A stretch of DNA of 64,000 nt from Eledone cirrhosa. Taxonomy: Eukaryota. This document shows, in pieces, positions 24,901-38,579 of this stretch. The notes under the pieces are model-generated. The model did not search any database, was not told where the DNA came from, and saw only the letters and a list, made by a program, of their open reading frames with translations. Positions within the stretch are counted from its first letter, which is position 1; each line of letters begins with the position of its first letter. Both the position numbers and the translations under genes were made by a program. The stretch lies in contig OZ024741.1 in assembly GCA_964016885.1 (NCBI GenBank), positions 208,382,001-208,446,000 of the forward strand, given 5' to 3'.

Positions 24901-27900
24901 ATCAGCACAAACACAACCTCCATCAGCACCACCACAACCTCCATCAGCACCACCACCACCTCCATCAGCACCACCACAACCTCCATCAACACCACCACAC
25001 CCTCCATCAGCACCACCACACCCTCCATCAGCACCACCACACCCTCCATCAGCACCACCACACCCTCCATCAGCACCACCACGACCTACATCAGCACCAA
25101 CACAACCTCCATCAACACCACCACACCCTCCATCAGCACCACCACACCCTCCATCAGCACCACCACGACCTCCATCAGCACAAACACAACCTCCATCAGC
25201 ACCACCACACCCTCCATCAGCAACACCACACCCTCCATCAGCACCACCACCACCTCCATCACCACCACCACACCCTCCATCAGCAACACCACACCCTCCA
25301 TCAGCAACACCACACCCTCCATCAGCAACACCACACCCTCCATCAGCACCACCACAACCTCCATCAGCATATACACAACCTCCATCAGCACCACCACAAC
25401 CTCCAGCAGCACCACCACCACCTCCATCAGCACCACCACCACCTCCAGCAGCACCACAACCACCTCCATCAGCACCACCACCACCTCCATCAGCACCCAC
25501 CCCCACCACCTCCATCAGCACCACCTCACCCTCCATCAGCACCTACACAATCTCCATCAGCACCACCACAACCTCCATCAGCACCACCACAACCTCCATC
25601 AGCACCACCCAACCTCCCTCAGTACCACCACAACCTCCATCAACACCACCACACCCTCCATCAGCACCACCACCACCTCCATCAGCACCACCACAACCTC
25701 CATCAGCACAAACACAACCTCCATCAGCACCACCACACCCTCCATCAGCACCACCACCACCTCCATCAGCATATACACAACCTCCATCAGCACCACCACA
25801 ACCTCCAGCAGCACCACCACCACCTCCATCAGCACCACCACCACCTCCAGCAGCACCACCACCACCTCCATCAGCACCACCACCACCTCCATCAGCACCC
25901 ACCCCCACCACCTCCATCAGCACCACCACACCCTCCATCAGCACCACCACGACCTCCATCAGCACCTACACAATCTCCAGCAGCACCAACACAACCTCCA
26001 TCAGCACCACCACAACCTCCAGCAGCACCACCACACCCTTCATCAGCACCACCACCACCTCCAGCAGCACCACCACACCCTCCATCAGCACCTACACAAC
26101 CTCTATCAGCACCACCACACCCTCCATCAGCACCTACACAACCTCCAGCAGCACCACCACCACCTCCATCAGCACCAACACAACCTCCATCAGCACCACC
26201 ACCACCTCCGACAGCACCAACACAACCTCCATCAGCACCACCACACCCTCCATCAGCACCACCACAACCTCCATCCGCACCACCACAACTTCCATCAGCA
26301 CCACCACCACCTCCATCAGCACCACCACAACCTCCATCCGCACCACCACCACCTCCATCAACACCACCACAACCTCCATCAGCACCACCACAACCTACAT
26401 CAGCACCGCCACAACCGCTATCCTCTGAACACAAACACAACCTCCATCAGCACCACCACACCCTCCACCAGCACCAACACAACCTCCATCATCACCACCA
26501 CAACCTCCAACAGCACCACCACAACCTCCAACAGCGCCACCACAACCTCCATCATCACCACCACAACCTCCAACAGCACCACCACAACCTCCAACAGCGC
26601 CACCACAATCTCCATTAGCACCACCACAACCTCCACCACCAGCACCACCACAACCTACATCAGCACCACCACTATCTCTATCCTCTGAACACCACCACAA
26701 CATCCATCAGCAACACCACAACCTCTAACAGCACCACCACCACCTCCACCAGCACCACCACCACTTCCATCAGCACAAACACAACCTCCATCAGCACCAC
26801 CACCGCCTCCATCAGCACCAACACAAGCCCTATCATCTGAACACCACCACAACCGCCATTAGCACCACCACAACCTCCATCAGCACCAACACAACCCCTA
26901 TCCACTGAACACCACCACAACCGCCATCAGCACCACCACTCCCTCCATCAGCACCACCACCACCTCCATCAGCACCAACACAACCTCCAGCAGCACCACC
27001 ACAACCTCCATCAGCATCAGCACCACCTCCATCAGCACCTACACAACCTCCATCAGCACCAACACCACCTCCATCAGCACCAACAACACCTCCAGCAGCA
27101 CCTACACAACCTCCATCAGCACCACCACAACCTCCATCAGCACCACCACAACCTCCATCAGCACCACCACCACCTCCAGCAGTACCTACACAACCTCCAT
27201 CAGCACCACCACAACCTCCATCAGCACCACCACAACCTCCATCAGCACCACCACACCCTCCATCAGCACCACCACAACCTCAATCAGCACCACCACAACC
27301 TCCATCAGCACCACCCGACCTCCATCAGCACCACCACAACCTCCAACAGCACCACCACAACTTCCATCAGCACCACCCAACCTCCATCAGCACCACCACA
27401 ACCTCCATCAGCACCACCACCACCTCCATCAGCACCACCACAACCTCCATCAGCACCACCACAACCTCCATCAGCACAAACACAACCTCCATCAGCACCA
27501 CCACAACCTCCATCAGCACCACCACCACCTCCATCAGCACCACCACGACCTACATCAGCACCAACACAACCTCCATCAGCACCACCACACCCTCCATCAG
27601 CACCACCACACCCTCCATCAGCAACACCACACCCTCCATCAGCACCACCACAACCTCCATCAGCATATACACAACCTCCATCAGCACCACCACAACCTCC
27701 AGCAGCACCACCACCACCTCCATCAGCACCACCACCACCTCCAGCAGCACCACCACCACCTCCATCAGCACCACCACCACCTCCATCAGCACCCACCCCC
27801 ACCACCTCCATCAGCACCACCACACCATCCATCAGCACCTACACAATCTCCAGCAGCACCAACACAACCTCCATCAGCACCACCACACCCTCCATCAGCA

Positions 27901-30900
27901 CCTACACAACCTCCATCAGCACCACCACACCCTTCATCAGCACCACCACAACCTCCAGCAGCACCACCACACCCTCCATCAGCACCTACACAACCTCTAT
28001 CAGCACCACCACACCCTCCATCAGCACCTACACAACCTCCAGCAGCACCACCACACCCTCCATCAGCACCACCACAACCTCCAGCAGCACCACCACCACC
28101 TCCATCAGCACCACCACAACCTCCATCAGCACCACCACCACCTCCGACAGCACCAACACAACCTCCATCAGCACCACCACACCCTCCATCAGCACCACCA
28201 CAACCTCCATCCGCACCACCACAACTTCCATCAGCACCACCACCACCTCCATCAGCACCACCACAACCTCCATCCGCACCACCACCACCTCCATCAACAC
28301 CACCACAACCTACATCAGCACCGCCACAACCGCTATCCTCTGAACACAAACACAACCTCCATCAGCACCACCACACCCTCCACCAGCACCAACACAACCT
28401 CCATCATCACCACCACAACCTCCAACAGCACCACCACAACCTCCAACAGCGCCACCACAACCTCCATCATCACCACCACAACCTCCAACAGCACCACCAC
28501 AACCTCCAACAGCGCCACCACAATCTCCATTAGCACCACCACAACCTCCACCACCAGCACCACCACAACCTACATCAGCACCACCACTATCTCTATCCTC
28601 TGAACACCACCACAACATCCATCAGCAACACCACAACCTCTAACAGCACCACCACCAACTCCACCAGCACCACCACTACTTCCATCAGCACAAACACAAC
28701 CTCCATCAGCACCACCACCGCCTCCATCAGCACCAACACAAGCCCTATCATCTGAACACCACCACAACCGCCATTAGCACCACCACAACCTCCACCAGCA
28801 CCAACACAACCTCCATCATCACCACCACAACCTCCAACAGCACCACCACAACCTCCAACAGCGCCACCACAACCTCCATCATCACCACCACAACCTCCAA
28901 CAGCACCACCACAACTTCCAACAGCGCCACCACAATCTCCATTAGCACCACCACAACCTCCACCACCAGCACCACCACAACCTACATCAGCACCACCACT
29001 ATCTCTATCCTCTGAACACCACCACAACATCCATCAGCAACACCACAACCTCTAACAGCACCACCACCAACTCCACCAGCACCACCACCACTTCCATCAG
29101 CACAAACACAACCTCCATCAGCACCACCACCGCCTCCATCAGCACCAACACAAGCCCTATCATCTGAACACCACCACAACCGCCATTAGCACCACCACAA
29201 CCTCCACCAGCACCAACACAACCTCCATCAGCACCACCACAATCTCCATCAGCACCAACACAACCCCTATCCACTGAACACGACCACAACCGCCATCAGC
29301 ACCACCACTCCCTCCATCAGCACCACCACCACCTCCATCAGCACCAACACAACCTCCAGCAGCACCACCACAACCTCCATCAGCATCACCACCACCTCCA
29401 TCAGCACCTACACAACCTCCATCAGCACCAACACCACCTCCATCAGCACCAACAACACCTCCAGCAGCACCTACACAACCTCCATCAGCACCACCACAAC
29501 CTCCATCAGCACCACCACAACCTCCATCAGCACCACCACCACCTCCAGCAGTACCTACACAACCTCCATCAGCACCACCACAACCTCCATCAGCACCACC
29601 ACAACCTCCATCAGCACCACCACAACCTCCATCAGCACCACCACAACCTCCATCAGCACCACCACACCCTCCATCAGCACCACCACAACCTCCATGATAA
29701 CCTACACAACCTCCATGAACACCACCACAACCTCCATCAGCACCACCACACCCTCCATCAGCACCACCACAACCTCCATCAGCACCACCACAACCTCCAT
29801 CAGCACCACCCGACCTCCATCAGCACCACCACAACTTCCATCAGCACCACCCAACCTCCATCAGCACCACCACAACCTCCATCAGCACCACCACAACCTC
29901 CATCAGGACCACCACAACCTCCATCAGCACCACCCAACCTCCCTCAGTACCACCACAACCTCCATAAACACCACCACACCCTCCATCAGCACCACCACAC
30001 CCTCCATCAGCACCACCACAACCTCCATCAGCACCACCACACCCTCCATCAGCACCACCACAACCTCCATCAGCACCACCACACCCTCCATCAGCACCAC
30101 CACAACCTCCATCAGCACCACCACCACCTCCAGCAGCACCACCACCACCTCCATCAGCACCACCACACCCTCCATCAGCACCACCACAACCTCCATCAGC
30201 ACCACCACACCCTCCATCAGCACCACCACAACCTCCATCAGCACCACCACAACCTCCAGCAGCACCACCACCACCTCCATCAGCACCACCACCACCTCCA
30301 GCAGCACCACCACCACCTCCATCAGCACCACCACACCCTCCATCAGCACCACCACAACCTCCATCAGCACCACCACAACCTCCATCAGCACCACCACACC
30401 CTCCATCAGCACCACAACAACCTCCATCAGCACCACCACCACCTCCATCAGCACCACCACAACCTCCATCAGCACCAACACACCCTCCATCAGCACCACC
30501 ACCACCTCCATCAGCACCACCACAACCTCCATCAGCACCAACACACCCTCCATCAGCACCACCACAACCTCCATCAGCACCACCACAACCTCCATCAGCA
30601 CCACCACCACCTCCATCAGCACCACCACACCCTCCATCAGCACCAACACAACCTCCAGCAGCACCACCACACCCTCCATCAGCACCAACACAACCTCCAG
30701 CAGCACCTACACAACCTCCAGCAGCACCACCACACCCTCCATCAGCACCACCACAACCTCCAGCAGCACCACCACACCCTCCATCAGCACCACCACAACC
30801 TCCAGCAGCACCACCACACCCTCCATCAGCACCACCACACCCTCCATCAGCACCAACACAACCTCCAGCAGCACCTACACAACCTCCAGCAGCACCACCA

Positions 30901-33900
30901 CAACCTCCATCAGCACCACCACACCCTCCATCAGCACCACCACAGCCTCCATCAGCAACACCACACCCTCCATAAGCACCACCACAACCTCCATCAGCAC
31001 CACCACAACCTCCATCAGCACCACCACCACCTCCATCAGCACCCACCCCCACCACCTCCATCAGCACCACCACCCCCTCCATCAGCACCACCACACCCTC
31101 CATCAGCACCACCCAACCTCCATCCGCACCACCACAACATCCATCAGCACCACCACCACCTCCATCAGCACCACCACACCCTCCATCAGCACCACCACAA
31201 CCTCCATCAGCACCACCACCACCTCCATCAGCACCACCACACCCTCCATCAGCACCACCACAACATCCATCAGCACCACCACAACCTTCATCAGCACCAC
31301 CACAACCTCCATCAGCACCACCACCACCTCCATCAGCACCACCACACCCTCCATCAGCACCACCACAACATCCATCAGCACCACCACACCCTCCATCAGC
31401 ACCACCACAACCTCCATCAGCACCACCACCACCTCCATCAGCACCACCACACCCTCCATCAGCACCACTACAACATCCATCAGCACCACCACAACATCCA
31501 TCAGCACCACCACAACCTCCATCAGCACCACCACACCCTCCATCAGCACCACCACAACATCCATCAGCACCACCACAACCTCCATCAGCACCACCACACC
31601 CTCCATCAGCACCACCACAACATCCATCAGCACCACCACAACCTCCATCAGCACCACCACAACCTCCATCCGCACCACCACACCCTCCATCAGCACCACC
31701 ACAACCTCCATCAGCACCACCACAACCTCCATCAGCACCACCACACCCTCCATCAGCACCACCACACCCTCCATCAGCACCACCACAACATCCATCAGCA
31801 CCACCACAACATCCATCAGCACCACCACAACATCCATCAGCACCACCACAACATCCATCAGCACCACCACACCCTCCATCAGCACCACCACAACCTCCAT
31901 CAGCACCACCACACCCTCCATCAGCACCACCACAACCTCCATCAGCACCACCACAACCTCCATCCGCACCACCACACCCTCCATCAGCACCACCACAACC
32001 TCCATCAGCACCAACACAACCTCCAGCAGCACCACCCAACCTCCATCCGCAACACCACACCCTCCATCAGCACCACCACACCCTCCATCAGCACCACCAC
32101 AACATCCATCAGCACCACCACAACCTCCATCCGCACCACCACAACCTCCATCAGCACCACCACACCCTCCATCAGCACCACCACAACCGCCATCCGCACC
32201 ACCACACCCTCCATCAGCACCACCCAACCTCCATCCGCAACACCACACCCTCCATCAGCACCACCACACCCTCCATCAGCACCACCACAACATCCATCAG
32301 CACCACCACAACCTCCATCCGCACCACCACAACCGCCATCCGCACCACCACACCCTCCATCAGCACCACCCAACCTCCATCCGCAACACCACACCCTCCA
32401 TCAGCACCACCACACCCTCCATCAGCACCACCACAACATCCATCAGCACCACCACAACCTCCATCCGCACCACCACAACCTCCATCAGCACCACCACACC
32501 CTCCATCAGCACCACCCAACCTCCATCCGCAACACCACACCCTCCATCAGCACCACCACACCCTCCATGAACACCACCACTCCCTCCATCAGCACCACCA
32601 CAACCTCCATCAGCACCAACACAACCTCCATCAGCACCAACACAACCTCCATCAGCACCACCACAACCTCCATCAGCACCAACACAACCTCCAGCAGCAC
32701 CACCACACCCTCCATCAGCACCACCACACCCTCCATCAGCACCACCACAACATCCATCAGCACCACCACAACCTCCATCAGCACCACCACCACCTCCATC
32801 AGCACCACCACACCCTCCATCAGCACCACTACAACATCCATCAGCACCACCACAACATCCATCAGCACCACCACAACCTCCATCAGCACCACCACACCCT
32901 CCATCAGCACCACCACAACATCCATCAGCACCACCACAACCTCCATCAGCACCACCACACCCTCCATCAGCACCACCACAACATCCATCAGCACCACCAC
33001 AACCTCCATCAGCACCACCACAACCTCCATCCGCACCACCACACCCTCCATCAGCACCACCACAACCTCCATCAGCACCACCACAACCTCCATCAGCACC
33101 ACCACACCCTCCATCAGCACCACCACACCCTCCATCAGCACCACCACAACATCCATCAGCACCACCACAACATCCATCAGCACCACCACAACATCCATCA
33201 GCACCACCACAACATCCATCAGCACCACCACACCCTCCATCAGCACCACCACAACCTCCATCAGCACCACCACACCCTCCATCAGCACCACCACAACCTC
33301 CATCAGCACCACCACAACCTCCATCCGCACCACCACACCCTCCATCAGCACCACCACAACCTCCATCAGCACCAACACAACCTCCAGCAGCACCACCCAA
33401 CCTCCATCCGCAACACCACACCCTCCATCAGCACCACCACACCCTCCATCAGCACCACCACAACATCCATCAGCACCACCACAACCTCCATCCGCACCAC
33501 CACAACCTCCATCAGCACCACCACACCCTCCATCAGCACCACCACAACCGCCATCCGCACCACCACACCCTCCATCAGCACCACCCAACCTCCATCCGCA
33601 ACACCACACCCTCCATCAGCACCACCACACCCTCCATCAGCACCACCACAACATCCATCAGCACCACCACAACCTCCATCCGCACCACCACAACCGCCAT
33701 CCGCACCACCACACCCTCCATCAGCACCACCCAACCTCCATCCGCAACACCACACCCTCCATCAGCACCACCACACCCTCCATCAGCACCACCACAACAT
33801 CCATCAGCACCACCACAACCTCCATCCGCACCACCACAACCTCCATCAGCACCACCACACCCTCCATCAGCACCACCCAACCTCCATCCGCAACACCACA

Positions 33901-34925
33901 CCCTCCATCAGCACCACCACACCCTCCATGAACACCACCACTCCCTCCATCAGCACCACCACAACCTCCATCAGCACCAACACAACCTCCATCAGCACCA
34001 ACACAACCTCCATCAGCACCACCACAACCTCCATCAGCACCAACACAACCTCCAGCAGCACCACCACACCCTCCATCAGCACCACCACACCCTCCATCAG
34101 CACCACCACAACATCCATCAGCACCACCACAACATCCATCAGCACCACCACAACCGCCATCCGCACCACCACACCCTCCATCCGCACCACCACACCCTCC
34201 ATCAGCACCACCACAACCTCCATCAGCACCAACACAACCTCCAGCAGCACCACCACCACCTCCATCAGCACCACCCAACCTCCATCCGCAACACCACACC
34301 CTCCATCAGCACCACCACAACCTCCATCAGCACCAACACACCCTCCATCAGCACCACCACAACCTCCATCAGCACCACCACACCCTCCATCAGCACCACC
34401 ACAACCTCCATCAGCACCAACACAACCTCCATCAGCACCACCACAACCTCCAGCAGCACCACCACGACCTCCATCAGCACCACCACAACCGCCATCAGCA
34501 CCACCACACCCTCCATCAGCACCACCACAACCCCCATCAGCACCACCACAACCGCCATCAGCACCACCAAAACCTCCATCAGCACCACCACAACCTCCAG
34601 CAGCACCACCACAACCTCCAACAGCACCACCACAACCTCCATCAGCACCACCACAACCTCCATCAGCACCACCACAACCTCCATCAGCACCACCACAACC
34701 TCCATCAGCACCACCACAACCGCCATCAGCACCACCACAACCTCCATCAGCACCACCACAACCTCCATCAGCACCACCACAACCTCCAACAGCACCACCA
34801 CACCCTCCATCAGCACCACCACCACCTCGATCAGCACCAACACAACCTCCATCAGCACCAACACAACCCCTATCCTCTGAACACCACCACAACCTCCATC
34901 AGCACCAACACACCCTCTATCATCA
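15982..34925. repeat. Giant 21-bp minisatellite (consensus CCTCCATCAGCACCACCACAA), ~19 kb, with higher-order repeats
   Basis: Continuous 21-bp period (roughly 900 units by length). A variant block recurs at ORF-track ends 18628, 20645, 23465, 26703, 28618 and 29030. Confidence 0.97.
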
Positions 34926-35208
34926 TCGGCCCTCCCCCACAAATTTTAACCAGCATCTTCGCAAAACAAAAATGAAAGTGTTAAATCAATAGTGATGATT
35001 CAGTAATTTGTATTTTAATTAGCCCGACCTCGTGAAATTGGCTATGTTAATGATCTCACCTACCTATACCATTGAAGCTGGTAATGAAAACATACCCCAC
35101 CCTTACCACCCATGTCTACCACCACCGAAATCACTACCACAAAAACCTTTTGAAATGGCATCGGCTTTTTCATATTTTCCCAGACATTGCCAAGGACAGA
35201 CACACACA

Positions 35209-35376
35209 GACACCACATGCGCACTATACATGCATAGACACCACATGCACACTATACATGCATAGACACCACATGCACACTATACATGCATAGACACCAC
35301 ATGCACACTATACATGCACAGACACCACATGCACACTATACATGCATAGACACCACATGCACACTATACATGCATA
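35209..35376. repeat. 28-bp tandem repeat, 6 copies (gacaccacatgcacactatacatgcata)
   Basis: Unit starts at 35209, 35237, 35265, 35293, 35321 and 35349. Confidence 0.92.
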
Positions 35377-35562
35377 TAAAATACAGAGACAGACACACAC
35401 GAGCTACACAAACGAGCGAACACACGCACACACACACACACACACATATATAAATATATATGATATATATAGTCTGGAACTAGCTGTTGGAACGGCACGA
35501 GCCCAGCCGTTGTGTCACAACTCTTTAAAACACACACATACATACATACATACATACATACA

Positions 35563-35617
<55 letters not shown>

Positions 35618-35925
35618 CGTTTCTGAATTTGTTTAGCAAGATTCTTTATCTGAAAACGTGTGTTGAAACCGATATTGTTATACTTTGGGAGGGTCATGTT
35701 GCCAATAAGAAACACACGCACCAGTTGCTTTCACTTCAATTTATTATAATAAATTTATAAATTTAGGAATTTATAAATTTCTGGTTGGTTGGTTGGTTCC
35801 ACAACCAGATAGTTGTTTATATATTGTCAAAGTTCTTTCGTCACACATTCTGAGACCTCTTCAGTGACTGGACATTCTTTTCTTTGTTTTTGTACCTCTC
35901 CTTTGTTCTGTCCTACGCCATTTTG

Positions 35926-35928
<3 letters not shown>

Positions 35929-36012
<84 letters not shown>
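35929..36012. repeat. (GA)n microsatellite
   Basis: Direct reading. Confidence 0.95.
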
Positions 36013-36015
<3 letters not shown>

Positions 36016-36739
36016 AAGTGACAGGAGGCTGGACATATGAAATTGCTACAAATTGTTATTCCTGCGAACAATTAGTGGCGTATATATATGTATATATGTA
36101 CGTATGTATGTATGTATGTATGTATGTATGTATGTATGTACGTATGTATGTGAACATCCTGCAGAACTAAAATCAAAACCTGTCAAAGGGCAAATGAGCT
36201 TTTAAGAGTCAATGGCCATCCAAAATCACCAGGAGAGATGACCCCTTAGCCTTTGTCAAAGCATAATTCTAGGAGAAGGAAAACTCTGATATAACACCTG
36301 CAACCCTGATGGTATCCAATGATGTTGACTTGTTCTTCTTTTTGGTAAATATCATCTTGGTTAAGAGAGTGGGACTGGCTTTGTGCAGTGCCTTTGCTCA
36401 CTATAAAAGCTTCACGGCACAGGCATTGCTTTATATCTGGAGATCTTTCTGCACTTGTCGTCACATGGTACCATGGGCCCAGCACTATGTGTCAATAATT
36501 GTCACAAGTGTAGTGTTTGTACCAGAGTTTTCAAGTCGCTGGCTGGACTAAAAAGTCACACTCGTTCAGCGCATCGGTAGGGGTTCTCCTACATGGATAT
36601 AAAGTAATGGCCGTACTCGAAAACGAGTTGGCAGCCAACATGTATGTATGTATGTATGTATGCAATATGTATGCATGTATGTATGAATGTATGTATGTAT
36701 GCATGATTGCATGCATGTATGTATGTACGTAGAGCTGGT

Positions 36740-37700
36740 ACCCTCGATGTAGAAATAAACAGCAGGATCTCGAAAGCAAGTCTTGCCTTCAGGAAGCTTG
36801 AGAAGCGAGTCTGGTCAAATAGGTGTATCACGAAAAACACAAAGCCCTCTGTGTATGAAACCTGTGTTTTTACTGCCCTGCTATAAGGATGCGAAGCCTA
36901 GACAACTTACAGGCATCATATCAGGCAGTTGGAAAGATTTCATCAGTATTGTATACGACGTACCCTGATTCTGCGGTACTTGAGAAAGCGGGTAGCACCA
37001 GTATTGCGAGGCGGATTATTATGAACCAGATGCGTTGTGCTGGTCATGTGGTCAGGATGGAAGATGGAAGACTGCCTAAACAGGTATTTTATGGAGAGCT
37101 GACCAGAGGGAAAAGGCCACAGTATAAACCAAAGAAGCGGTTTAAGGATGTCATAAAAGACAATCTTAAAGCTCTGAAGTTTGATGCAGAGAACTCGGGG
37201 AAGCTGGCTGAAGGCCGTACATCGTGGAGAATGATCATCAAATATGGATGTGATAACTTTGAGAAAAAGTGAGTGAAGCATGCTGTTTTGAAGTGTTCAC
37301 TTTGTAAGCGGGACTCAAATGCAATGCCTGCAAAAATTCAGCAAGAATTGAGGTGCAATGTATGTGGCCGATTTCTTCTAACATGAGCTGGTTTTGTTAA
37401 CGATCTGAAATCACACGAGCCAGGGCGAAATCGAGCCAACTGTGAGATGGTTCTACCGCCACACACTTCACGATACATTTGCAGTGAGTGTTGCTTAATT
37501 TTCAAGTCAGCGGGTGGTCTGATCAGACATGGTAAAATGCATGAAGACACACCACAGCCGGTTTTACCAGGAGACAGACAGTTCAAGTGTCTCATCTGTG
37601 AACTTATCTGCAAAACAAAAGCGGGTGTGAAAAGTCACCTTCATGCATATGATCATGCAATGTTCAATGAAGGGATGAACAAAAAGTAGCAATCAACATC
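36740..37700 (+). mobile_element. RTE-clade LINE 3' fragment with C-terminal zinc fingers
   Basis: FRKLEKRVW, VLEKAGSTSI..MRCAGHVVRMEDGRLPKQVFYGEL..GKRP..KPKKRFKD is typical of the RTE C-terminus, followed by three CxxC motifs. Sits in a (TATG)n tract. Confidence 0.85.
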
Positions 37701-38004
37701 TATGTACGTATGTATGTATATGTGTATGTATGTATGCTTGCATGGCTGGATATCTTTATGTGTCTATATATTTGTGAGTATAGAGTTATAATGCACATAT
37801 AGATCATCGTAGGTCCCCTTCGGTTACCAATGACTATGGGATTACATATAGAGAGTAGTTTCCTTTCCTATATATAACTCAACCATGCAAGAATACATAC
37901 ATACACATATACATACGTACATATACACACCTACATGATATATACGCACCTACATACATAGATACGTGCATACATACATTCATACATACATACATTCATA
38001 CATA

Positions 38005-38420
38005 TTTAGAAGATTGGTATTATACATATTTGTATTACTGTTTTAGAAATAACATGAAAGGCTGATTTACTTTGTTTGTAGATAGGTTTACTTCATGGAA
38101 GTCAAAAGAGAACAAAATATAAATTACCGGAGATACAGAGTTTGTTGATGTTTCAGGTCACTGAATGGATTGAGACCAAAGTTTGTGCTGGAGTTTGTTC
38201 TTGGAGAGAGAAGGCTCTTAACGTGTTCACTGGAGTAATTTGGTATTTGCCTCCACACGTGTCGTTGGAGAAATCAGCTCCGATCTCCAGGGCTGCTACA
38301 TCGATAATCAGAATGAAGGAGCGAAAAGAGAGAGAAGAATGCCCTGGCGGTCTCAATATATAGTCCCAATGGGGACGTAACTCCGATTACTTCTTGTAGG
38401 TGACACTAGGGGTCACTATA
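38005..38420 (-). repeat. 3' LTR of the Gypsy element
   Basis: Near-identical to 42535-42948; preceded on the minus strand by the polypurine tract ggaggaggg (38424-38432). Confidence 0.9.
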
Positions 38421-38579
38421 ATACCCTCCTCCAGACGATAGGCGAAAATCCCGAAGGTAACTGTAGCGCACCCCCAAGAATGGGTTCCAAGCACAGGTAT
38501 GAAACTTTAACAAAGAAATTGAAGGGTACATGCATACATAATACAATGAAAAAGAAAACAAAAGGCTCCAGTGGCCAGT

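Noticed and set aside
15711-34942. Dozens of long ORFs (GGADGGC, VVVLMEV, TTTTSIS, PPSAPPQ) as protein-coding genes
   Set aside because: They follow automatically from a stop-free 21-bp unit; there are frequent frame-shifting units and no unique domains.
35209-35376. 28-bp repeats as a CRISPR array
   Set aside because: Head-to-tail with no spacers, eukaryotic context, no cas genes.
38142-38363. Identical 73-aa ORFs at 38142 and 42672 as a duplicated gene
   Set aside because: Both lie within the two LTRs; incidental.
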